A DNA stretch of 64,000 nt from an uncultured bacterium (GCA_963759805.1 CAVXAT010000002.1:5532-69531); one strand, 5' to 3'; positions 54,034 to 62,163 are shown, counted from the first letter of the stretch. Program-made: numbers and translations. Notes: a model not told the origin generated them from the sequence alone.

Positions 54034-57000
54034 ATGAAATTTAAAAATATTTTGATTTATCTTTTTGCTGTAGGGCAGGTTGGTTTTGCATGGGGAATGG
54101 GAAGAACACAATTTGCTAGTTCGTGTACAGAGCTCTGGTTTCAGGGAAGCAGTATACAGGACCAGGCACGTCCCACAACCTCTAGTGAATGGGGTATCAG
54201 AGTTAATTTACCTTCACGCAGCAGGTACACGAGCGAATCCTCATATTCACGGTCTAGCGGTCCTTTGAGAAAATGTTTTGCTAATTCACCAACGAAGGCT
54301 GTATTTAATTTACCTAATCTTGTGAGTTCTCATCAGTATAAAACTCTTGATAAGGCATTTAGTGCACTACTAAATTCAGACGCTACTGTGAAAGCTGTAC
54401 AAAATGACCCGAATGTTCTTGTACAATTGTATTCCGCATTGGCACAACTTCATGAGCAAATGGCTTTTCAGGATAAAAAGAACACTTTGGTTACAGATGG
54501 TACACACTGGTTTTTACAAAAACCAAATGGAAAACGGCTCGATTTAACATCAAAAGTGTCCAATGCCTCTTATGCAATAAACCAATTTGTCTATGAAATT
54601 AAAGATGAATTAGAAAGCAAAGGAATCCCTTTTGATCTTGTTTTGCGCAGCCATCGCGAATGTGTTGGTTTTTCTAAAGATGGCAAAAAAGTAATTCATC
54701 GATACTCTGGTCTCCCCGGATCCGGGCAGGAATATGTTCTTGATTTGATTGTATCCACGGAAGATGATGGATCCAAAAAGATTACTCACAAGATTAAGAA
54801 TAAAAATAAAGTAAATGATAAAAATTTACGAAAACCAAAAGATGTACAACCGCCAGCTCCCACAATTCCACATGCTCCAACTCCCACTCCAGATATCCTA
54901 TACAAGGGCGTAATTTTATCCCAACAGCCTCTCTTGATTGATACAAGTGTTGATGCACGTTGTAAAGGCACAATAAAAACTTACATGGACTCTCCTAAAT
55001 TTGCCGAAAAGGCATATTCTCTTTTTAATTCCAAAGATGCATTTAGGGGAATCCGTTTTACAGAAAATGATTTTAATTTAACAGAGAGGAGTCCTGATGG
55101 AACACTTGTCTATATTGCAGGAGCTTTAGTGGAACACGAAGATGGCACGAAAGAAGCTGGCGCTATTAGAATTGTTGTAAAACCTAATCCAGAAATGCCT
55201 GAAATAAGAGAGATACATTCTTATGTTGGAGAATTAAATAAAGATGTATCCAATGGGTTGGATGTTAATCCGCTCACTCAGGACCGACCCGGCAAAAAGG
55301 ACGATGGCGTTTCTTCTGATCCTAAAATCTCTCCCACACCTAAACACATCTTTGATATGTCAAAGCTTTTAGATTCTGATCTTAAGCAGATTGACCTACA
55401 CCATTATATGTTGAATCAATCGACAAAACAATTTGTCAGATTTAACTCTCACATTGACAGCTTACAACAGGGTAGAGGAACACAAGCCGCAGATGGTTCT
55501 ACTACAAAACCCCAGCAAGGTCCTAATACTGGTGCAGCTGGTGATAGAAAAGACAAAATAGCTCCCGAAAACGAATATACAGAAGCAGGTCAAACGCATA
55601 AAAACCTTGCGGGTCAGCATCAACTTGAAACTCAAGATCAAGATGATGAATTGCCCAAACAAGAATCCTCTCAGGCAGGGGCAGCTAATGTTGACGCCAA
55701 AGCTGCCGAAGAGGCAGCTGCAGCTAAAGCCCAAGCTGAAGCCGAAGAAACAGCCGCCAAAGCAGCTAAAGAAGAAGCCGACGCTATGGCAAAAAAAGCA
55801 GTCGATAAAAAAATAGCATCTGAAGCCTCAGCAAAGAAAACCAGAAGATCTAAAGCCATCCTAGCTCAACAAAACAAAGATATAACCCAAAAATCTCTAC
55901 ACCAAGCTGAACAAATTGAAGCATTGGTAAATAAGGGGTTCACTAAAGATCTCGCAAAAATGAAAGTATGCGCACCCAGAGAATACAGTGCATTTGTTAA
56001 ATTGAGCGATAAACAGATTTTGCAACGTGAAGAGCTATCCACAGCTAAAACAGATGTAGGGGGCACAGCTAAGCCATCCCAGCCAGTTGAAATGTCACAA
56101 CCAATCAGACTCACACTTGCAGATCGTTTTCAACAAGCAACTTCTGTTGATTCAGGAACTCAAGGAAAACAACCAGCGCTTAATTTTTCGATAGAAGATC
56201 GAAACCGTGGATTCAAAGAGCGCATAGCACGCATGCAACAACACTCAACAAGCAGATTATCAGAACAACCAAAAGCACCTGTAATACCAGAAGTACCGGT
56301 AAAACCAGTTGAAACGCCAACTCAGGCACCACAACCGCAACAACCAACATTTATAGAAAGAATTAGAGAGCGTGCTGCTGAAGTTATTGAAATGGCCAAA
56401 ATACCAGCCCTGGAAACACTCAAAACCGTTGTGACATCTGCCACAGATAATCTTTTAAAATACTTTTTTACTTCCCCTCCCACCATGGACGGAAAACATT
56501 TCTTTGGTGAAGGCCCAGAAGAGACAAGATATACTCCATATTTGGATAGGCCACTACTAAATTTGCAAAGTAAATTGCATCCAGACATGGAAATGCAAGA
56601 CTCATCACAAAATCTAGCAACTGCAGCTGCTTCTTCTGGCGAACAGGAATATCCGATTATGTTCGATCCCACAGCTCGCCCAGTAAAAATAACGCACACT
56701 GGATATTCTTCATCTAATCCTACGGAAGTAGAAAAACCCTTTGTAATGCCTCACGATGTCGGCATTGAAGGACCAACTGCAACAACACAAACTGGTCACT
56801 TAAACCTGGAACAATTTAAACGCCACACAGACTACACGGCAAAGAAAAGTGCAGAATTGGCAGAGATTACTCGTGATAACCCAACGCTGCAAAATACCTG
56901 CAAATTTGTGGATGCTCTGAATAGATTTGCTAACTTATATGCAGAGGCTGATGATGGGGTTGGAGCAACCGCTTTGGGCAAAGCCGCACAAAACACATTG

Positions 57001-58032
57001 CGCAATGCACAAAGGGCTGCGACAGCATTGGGTAGAGGTGCAATTCGAGGTGCTGAGAAATTTGATCCCAAGGTTATGTTTGTTGCCAATGCAAAACTTG
57101 CAATGTTTGCAATTGGGGAAATTAGCAGGCAAGAAACTGTCGACCAGGCCTTTTTATCTTTCAATCCTGAACAAGCTGAGCAGGCGGCTTCGGCACATGC
57201 TCAACATTGCACAGAACAGTATCAAGCATTTTCAACGGCTGCCAAACAAACTCTTGAGCGGTTAAGGAGCATGCCATGGGAAGAAGTGCTTGAAAATGGT
57301 TCTGAGCTTGGTGTTGATCTTGTTATGCAAGGTGTGTTTATTAACGGACTGGGCAAACTTGGTGGAACAGCATTGCAGCGTTTTGCTGCATTAACATCGG
57401 ATTTAAATGAAATTGTCAAAGCTGAAAAAATAGCCGCTGCCACTGGAAAGGCTTCCGCTCAAATTACAGAGCTTGGGCAACAGGTTGCTGTTGTAGGTAA
57501 ACTTACTGAACAAGAGGGATCTGAAGTAGCAGGAAGAGTTGTTGGAATTATTAAAGATAATCCCGAGCTTATCCAGAGCGAATTTGGTTTTGTACAAACT
57601 GTAAGAGCTGTATCAAAAATTGAGCAAAAGCCACATTGGGAATCGCTTGCGCTTGACCCTGCCCATGGAAATAAAATAAGTATCAAAAGTATTGAGGAAG
57701 CTTTGGCTGGAATTGCTGCTGAAGAAAAAGGATTTTTACCAGGACCTATTAGGCGCGATCCGAGCGCAGCCGCAGAATTTATTGATACATTAGGAAGAGC
57801 TTGGGATGTTAAAACTCCACTATCACTTGCTCCCAATGGGCAACATGTTTTCAAAATCGACCAGGTATTTAGTAGTATCAAACGAGAACTAGGACTTGGC
57901 GAAAATGTCATCTTGAGTATGATTAAACTTAATAAAGAGGATGCGTTGTCTTTGATTGCAAAATTAAAAACAGAATTGTCAGCAGCTGAGATCGAAAAAA
58001 TTATTACTGTTTTTAGAGAGGACTTATTTTAA
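54034..58032 (+). CDS. Large secreted polymorphic-toxin-like protein (1332 aa) with a variable C-terminal toxin region
   Basis: GGAGGTTATC precedes the ATG. Signal peptide MKFKNILIYLFAVGQVGFAWG. About 900 aa have no family I recognise. The junction segment is duplicated at 58455-58691. The C-terminal ~130 aa carry a D-x7-DVK pattern. Confidence 0.7.
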   Translation: MKFKNILIYLFAVGQVGFAWGMGRTQFASSCTELWFQGSSIQDQARPTTSSEWGIRVNLPSRSRYTSESSYSRSSGPLRKCFANSPTKAVFNLPNLVSSHQYKTLDKAFSALLNSDATVKAVQNDPNVLVQLYSALAQLHEQMAFQDKKNTLVTDGTHWFLQKPNGKRLDLTSKVSNASYAINQFVYEIKDELESKGIPFDLVLRSHRECVGFSKDGKKVIHRYSGLPGSGQEYVLDLIVSTEDDGSKKITHKIKNKNKVNDKNLRKPKDVQPPAPTIPHAPTPTPDILYKGVILSQQPLLIDTSVDARCKGTIKTYMDSPKFAEKAYSLFNSKDAFRGIRFTENDFNLTERSPDGTLVYIAGALVEHEDGTKEAGAIRIVVKPNPEMPEIREIHSYVGELNKDVSNGLDVNPLTQDRPGKKDDGVSSDPKISPTPKHIFDMSKLLDSDLKQIDLHHYMLNQSTKQFVRFNSHIDSLQQGRGTQAADGSTTKPQQGPNTGAAGDRKDKIAPENEYTEAGQTHKNLAGQHQLETQDQDDELPKQESSQAGAANVDAKAAEEAAAAKAQAEAEETAAKAAKEEADAMAKKAVDKKIASEASAKKTRRSKAILAQQNKDITQKSLHQAEQIEALVNKGFTKDLAKMKVCAPREYSAFVKLSDKQILQREELSTAKTDVGGTAKPSQPVEMSQPIRLTLADRFQQATSVDSGTQGKQPALNFSIEDRNRGFKERIARMQQHSTSRLSEQPKAPVIPEVPVKPVETPTQAPQPQQPTFIERIRERAAEVIEMAKIPALETLKTVVTSATDNLLKYFFTSPPTMDGKHFFGEGPEETRYTPYLDRPLLNLQSKLHPDMEMQDSSQNLATAAASSGEQEYPIMFDPTARPVKITHTGYSSSNPTEVEKPFVMPHDVGIEGPTATTQTGHLNLEQFKRHTDYTAKKSAELAEITRDNPTLQNTCKFVDALNRFANLYAEADDGVGATALGKAAQNTLRNAQRAATALGRGAIRGAEKFDPKVMFVANAKLAMFAIGEISRQETVDQAFLSFNPEQAEQAASAHAQHCTEQYQAFSTAAKQTLERLRSMPWEEVLENGSELGVDLVMQGVFINGLGKLGGTALQRFAALTSDLNEIVKAEKIAAATGKASAQITELGQQVAVVGKLTEQEGSEVAGRVVGIIKDNPELIQSEFGFVQTVRAVSKIEQKPHWESLALDPAHGNKISIKSIEEALAGIAAEEKGFLPGPIRRDPSAAAEFIDTLGRAWDVKTPLSLAPNGQHVFKIDQVFSSIKRELGLGENVILSMIKLNKEDALSLIAKLKTELSAAEIEKIITVFREDLF

Positions 58033-58033
58033 T

Positions 58034-58372
58034 ATGGCAAACCTGATACTGAAAAATGACAAAGTTATATGGAAGTGTTCCAACTCCATGCTGGCTCTTA
58101 TTTATGAAACAATTATGGGAATTATGAATGATAAAAAAATGAATAAAGAGTCCGCAGTTTGCAAATTTGTGGAAAAATTAAATCAGGATATCTATGGAGA
58201 TGGATGTATTTCTATTGATCTGGATGATTATCTAAAAAACAATGACGATATACTTGTTTTTGCAAAGTTATTTAAGGAATCAATAGAACAGCTTAAGAAA
58301 AAATTTGAATGGCAAGAAGAACTATATAGCCACACATTAAAATTATATCAACAGCTGACATGCCCTGATTAA
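58034..58372 (+). CDS. Candidate immunity protein for the 54034-58032 toxin (112 aa)
   Basis: It starts 2 nt after the toxin stop, is small and cytoplasmic-looking, and is followed by a terminator. The assignment is positional only. Confidence 0.5.
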   Translation: MANLILKNDKVIWKCSNSMLALIYETIMGIMNDKKMNKESAVCKFVEKLNQDIYGDGCISIDLDDYLKNNDDILVFAKLFKESIEQLKKKFEWQEELYSHTLKLYQQLTCPD

Positions 58373-58406
58373 TTATCATAGAGCATAATGTTTTTGTCAT
58401 TTTCAT

Positions 58407-58441
58407 GCCTCGGCATGTATAAAAGTGCTGGGGCTTTTTTG
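58407..58441 (+). terminator. Intrinsic terminator after the toxin-immunity pair
   Basis: GCCUCGGCA pairs with UGCUGGGGC (9 bp including 2 G-U pairs), with a 10-nt loop, then TTTTTT. Confidence 0.65.
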
Positions 58442-58461
58442 CTGCACTCGCTACCGTTGGC

Positions 58462-59688
58462 ATGGAAGGACCAACTGCAACAACGCAGACTGGTCGCTTA
58501 AACCTGGAACAATTTAAACTCCACACAGACTACACGGCAAAGAAAAGTGCAGAATTGGCAGAAATTACTCGTGATAACCCAACGCTGCAAAATGCCTGCA
58601 AATTTGTGGATGCTCTCAACAGATTTGCTAACTTGTACGCAGAGGCTGATGATGGGGTTGGAGCAAACGCTTTGGGCAAAGCCGCACGACAAACAGTGCA
58701 TTATGCCGAAAATATAACAAAAATATTTGGCGGTCACATTCAAGAAGCTCTTCTTGGCGTTTCAGATTCAGGCCTGGATCACCTTGACTTTGGAACAGAA
58801 GCTGCGTCTCATCCACAAGAAACTTTAGTAAATATGGCTAATGGCCTCAAAGAGCTTACAATTTTTACTGCAAAAATTATGGCAATAGGAGAGATGTCTC
58901 TAGATAATTCAGAATTAGCACTTGATGCATTTAATAGAGAAATTAGGCCAACGGTGCAACCATTGTACGATAGACTCGAAGCTATGACGGGACCGGAAAG
59001 AACCAGATTTATAACACGTACATTCTGTAATCTTTTTTTGGGGAAATATCTATCGATTGGCTTGCAAGCGGCATCCCTTGGTATATCTGTACCAAACATT
59101 CAGCAATTTAGGTTAGCAACTGCGGCAGCAAAAGAGTTTTATGGATCTTTGATTAATGAAGCAGAAATAGTAAGTAGAATTCCAAATTTTGCGAATTTGC
59201 CACAAAATATGCAAACTCTTTTATCTCCTCTTATATCGATGACTGAGAATCCTGGTAAGTTGGTTGAATTAGGAATCAACAAAGGCCAAGAATTTGCGAG
59301 AAGGATTGCAATAGCACTTGGGCAAAATCCAGAGTTAGTCGTTACAGAAGGCTCATTTGATGGTGCTGTGGCAAGACTTGTGGGTGATTTCGAAAAAGAA
59401 GGTGCGGCGGCAGCTGCAGCCGATGATTTGGCAAGTTTTAGAAAAAGTGAGCGTGGAGCCTCTTCAGGTACTGCTGTTCAAGCTGAGCAGAGTTATGCTA
59501 AAATGTTTGAGCAGAGAATTAGCAAGATGCCAGTGGGTGAAAGAGTTGCAGCGGTGACAGAAGAGGCTCAAAGAATAGCTGCGGCTAGAGGATGGGAAAA
59601 AATGGGTCAAATATCTAGAAGAAATGGGGAAAGAATTGTTTACAAAGATAAAAATGCATCGAAACTTTATTCTGTGGATATATACTGA
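58462..59688 (+). pseudogene. Orphan toxin cassette (5' part): no signal peptide or delivery region, begins inside the conserved junction, and is truncated by an IS insertion at 59680/59681
   Basis: The first 76 aa are nearly identical to residues ~911-986 of the main toxin. No Shine-Dalgarno is visible. The reading frame runs into the IS left end after ...NASKLYSVD. Confidence 0.8.
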
Positions 59689-59770
59689 CCCCATAAAACT
59701 AGACAGTGCAACTTGAGAAAATAAGTACTTTAAAAATATTAGTTATAACAATGAGCCCGGGGGGCATTAA

Positions 59771-60046
59771 ATGAGTAACAAAGTAAGCAGAACCCACAGC
59801 AACAAATTTAAACTAAAAGTTGCATTGGCAGCTATAAAGGCTGATAGGCCAATAGCTGAATTATGCCAAGAATTTGCATTAGCGACAAGTCAAATTTATG
59901 CATGGAAAAAACGGCTTGAAGATCGAGGCATTGAAGTTTTTTCGAGTGAAAAAATGGCTGCAAAAAAAAGTTTAGATGTTGAAAAGTTTCATGTGATTAT
60001 AGGCAAGCTTATTGTAGAACGTGAGTCATTATTGCGGGCGCTTTAA
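59771..60046 (+). CDS. IS3-family OrfA-like HTH protein (extra or remnant copy)
   Basis: KFKLKVALAAIKADRPIAELCQEFALATSQIYAWKKRLE, a transposase_8-type HTH. It is a diverged paralogue of the next ORF, and no OrfB follows it. Confidence 0.7.
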   Translation: MSNKVSRTHSNKFKLKVALAAIKADRPIAELCQEFALATSQIYAWKKRLEDRGIEVFSSEKMAAKKSLDVEKFHVIIGKLIVERESLLRAL

Positions 60047-60147
60047 TGCAATAAACGCAAATGGATAAACTGTGTACAACGACAATAATAATGAATTAGC
60101 ATGAGAATGTTAAATCTAAAAATTTGCTTTACAAGAAAGGCATTCTC

Positions 60148-60426
60148 ATGAGTGATGACACGAAAAAAAGTCATGATGACAAGCTTAAACTTAAGGTGGC
60201 TTTAGCTATGATAAAGGCCGACAAATCAGTTGATACCATCTGTAGAGAATTTAATATTTCAACATGCCAAGCATATGCATGGAAGCAACACCTAGAAGAG
60301 CATGGCAACGAACTTTTTGCAGACAAAAGAAAAGTTAAAAAAGAAGAAACATATGACAAGATTTTGGCAGACCTTGAACAAGTAAAGGAAGAGCGCAATT
60401 TTTTAGTACAAGTGCTCAGTCGCTAG
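60148..60426 (+). CDS. IS3-family transposase OrfA
   Basis: MSDDTKKSHDDKLKLKVALAMIKADKSVDTICREFNISTCQAYAWKQHLE, then a leucine-zipper-like tail. Start set at the ATG; the track starts at an upstream TTG. Confidence 0.8.
   Translation: MSDDTKKSHDDKLKLKVALAMIKADKSVDTICREFNISTCQAYAWKQHLEEHGNELFADKRKVKKEETYDKILADLEQVKEERNFLVQVLSR
60399..60405 (+). promoter_or_regulatory. Candidate -1 programmed ribosomal frameshift heptamer (T TTT TTA) joining OrfA to OrfB
   Basis: In the OrfA frame the codons are AAT TTT TTA. The -1 frame is open from 60378 and runs into OrfB (…FFSTSAQSLDIQVRKQWIEHN…). An OrfAB fusion is the usual IS3 arrangement. Confidence 0.6.
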
Positions 60427-60434
60427 ATATCCAA

Positions 60435-61355
60435 GTGCGCAAGCAATGGATTGAGCACAACAACAAATTGAACTTGTCCAGAAAATGCGATCTGCTCGGT
60501 ATAAATCGAAGTAGCCTTTATTACAAGCCAAAGAAGGCCAACAACCAAGACGAGGTGATTATGGATGAGATACGCAACGAATATGAGAGACATCCATTTT
60601 ATGGATATCGAAAAATACACGAAGTTCTTATCGAAAAAAGCTTTAACCACAACATTAAAAGAACACAGCGGCTAATGACGTTGACAGGTCTTTGTGCAGT
60701 TGCCCCTTATAAAAAAACTAGCATTCCAAACAAGGAACACAAGGTGTACAAATATCTTTTAAGAGGATTACGAGTTTGCCGCCCAAACCAAGTCTGGAAA
60801 ACAGATATCACATACGTAAAAATAAGAGGTGGGTTTGTTTATTTGGTTTGTCTTATCGATGTTTTTAGTCGCAAGATTATGGGATGGGCATTGTCACCAT
60901 ATCTCGATACAGACGTTTGTCTTGAAGCATTGGAAATGGCTCTCGTACTCGGTAAGCCTGAGATTTTAAATAGTGATCAAGGGTGCCAGTTTACAAGTGA
61001 AAGATGGGTTGCTCGTTTAGAAAAAGAAGGTATCAAAATTAGTATGGATGGAATAGGTCGATGGGCAGACAACATCATTATTGAACGATTCTGGCGAACT
61101 ATTAAATATGAAGCACTGTGTTTTTATGTTCTTGAAAACATTGCTGAGACGCGATTAATTATAAAAAACTATATCAACTTTTATAATAGAGAACGCTTTC
61201 ACCAATCACTCGAATATAAAAAACCAGATGAAGTTTACTATGGAGCTATCATTGCAGTAGACCAATCTGATTTTACTTTCGAATCATTGGCTTTTGTATG
61301 TAATAGCAAAATCATCGTTCAACAAAATAAATCAATGGGGATACAAATGGCCTGA
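60435..61355 (+). CDS. IS3-family transposase OrfB (DDE/rve catalytic domain)
   Basis: WKTDITYV (D), LNSDQGCQFTS (D), NIIIERFWRTIKYE (E) and YNRERFHQSL. Confidence 0.9.
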   Translation: MRKQWIEHNNKLNLSRKCDLLGINRSSLYYKPKKANNQDEVIMDEIRNEYERHPFYGYRKIHEVLIEKSFNHNIKRTQRLMTLTGLCAVAPYKKTSIPNKEHKVYKYLLRGLRVCRPNQVWKTDITYVKIRGGFVYLVCLIDVFSRKIMGWALSPYLDTDVCLEALEMALVLGKPEILNSDQGCQFTSERWVARLEKEGIKISMDGIGRWADNIIIERFWRTIKYEALCFYVLENIAETRLIIKNYINFYNRERFHQSLEYKKPDEVYYGAIIAVDQSDFTFESLAFVCNSKIIVQQNKSMGIQMA

Positions 61356-61409
61356 TAAAAATTCTGAAATATAAGTTAAAAATTTGTCTTGACAATGGGG
61401 GTCACTATA

Positions 61410-61534
61410 ATACACAGCATGGACGATTTGAAATATTAAATGAAGAAGGAAAACATTTGGGAGAAGTTGATTTTGATTTCAATTTTACAAAAGAACGTGA
61501 TGCATCAGGTAGCCACGATTTAAATACGCGATAA
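61410..61534 (+). pseudogene. Orphan toxin cassette (3' part): C-terminal half of a colicin-E3-like cytotoxic rRNase domain
   Basis: In-frame continuation TQHGRFEILNEEGKHLGEVDFDFNFTKERDASGSHDLNTR*. Compare colicin E3, recalled from memory: WDSQHGELEGYRASDGQHLGSFDPKTG. Confidence 0.75.
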
Positions 61535-61549
61535 GAAAGGTTTAAAATA

Positions 61550-62095
61550 ATGGTAGACATTGTTTCTAAAACAATCGATTATTTTTACAAACAAAAAAAT
61601 TATAATGCCTTTAAGGAATGTTGTAAAAATCCATTGAATTTGTTTCTGGAGTTACAGCAATATATAGATAGAAACGGATTAAATTCGTCTGGAGGACCCG
61701 ATAATAAGTACTACCCGGCCAGAGATTGGCACATACATTTTAATGATTATAAGAAAGGTGAATTTGAAATTTCTTATACAACAGTTCTTAATATTTCAAA
61801 ACTTGCACCATTATATTATGTTCAACATGAATTTTCAGTTAAAGATAAAGATGATGATAGAATGACTCCTGTCCTAGATGGTTTTAGTAATCACCCATAT
61901 ACAAAGAAACAGTTTGTTTTGCATGATAAAATTTCATCTGTTTTAAATAAAAAAGGGTATCATGAACTCGAGTATGTTGACATAAGTGAGGCGGTAGAAG
62001 GTTTTAAAATGCCAGAGGGGGTAACTATCTTTGGGCCTAATGTTACAGTTGAAGATTTATTGTTTGCAGATTTATTTGATGTACGTAATAAGTAG
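61550..62095 (+). CDS. Candidate immunity protein for the orphan E3-like toxin (181 aa)
   Basis: It starts 15 nt after the reconstructed toxin stop, has no signal peptide, and is followed by a terminator. The assignment is positional only. Confidence 0.45.
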   Translation: MVDIVSKTIDYFYKQKNYNAFKECCKNPLNLFLELQQYIDRNGLNSSGGPDNKYYPARDWHIHFNDYKKGEFEISYTTVLNISKLAPLYYVQHEFSVKDKDDDRMTPVLDGFSNHPYTKKQFVLHDKISSVLNKKGYHELEYVDISEAVEGFKMPEGVTIFGPNVTVEDLLFADLFDVRNK

Positions 62096-62130
62096 GCGTT
62101 TTCAATAAATAAGCTTTATTAACACTTTAT

Positions 62131-62163
62131 GCCCTGGCCGGTAAAACGGCTGGGCTTTTTTTG
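62131..62163 (+). terminator. Intrinsic terminator after 61550-62095
   Basis: CCCUGGCCG-guaaaa-CGGCUGGG stem (with G-U pairs), then CTTTTTTT. Confidence 0.6.

Larger units (their letters stand above)
59681..61409 (+). mobile_element. IS3-family element (possibly composite) inserted in the orphan toxin, with a 3-bp target duplication (ATA)
   Basis: Imperfect terminal inverted repeats: TATACTGACCCC-AT...AGACA (left) and the reverse complement TATAGTGACCCCCAT...AGACA (right). ATA occurs at 59678-59680 and at 61410-61412. Removing the element and one ATA restores the toxin frame. Confidence 0.8.

Noticed and set aside
55462-57911. Multiple antisense or alternative-frame ORFs (60-150 aa) inside the large toxin gene
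   Set aside because: They fall in Ala/Glu/Lys-rich low-complexity coding sequence. None has an SD, and all are fully nested in a much longer coherent ORF.
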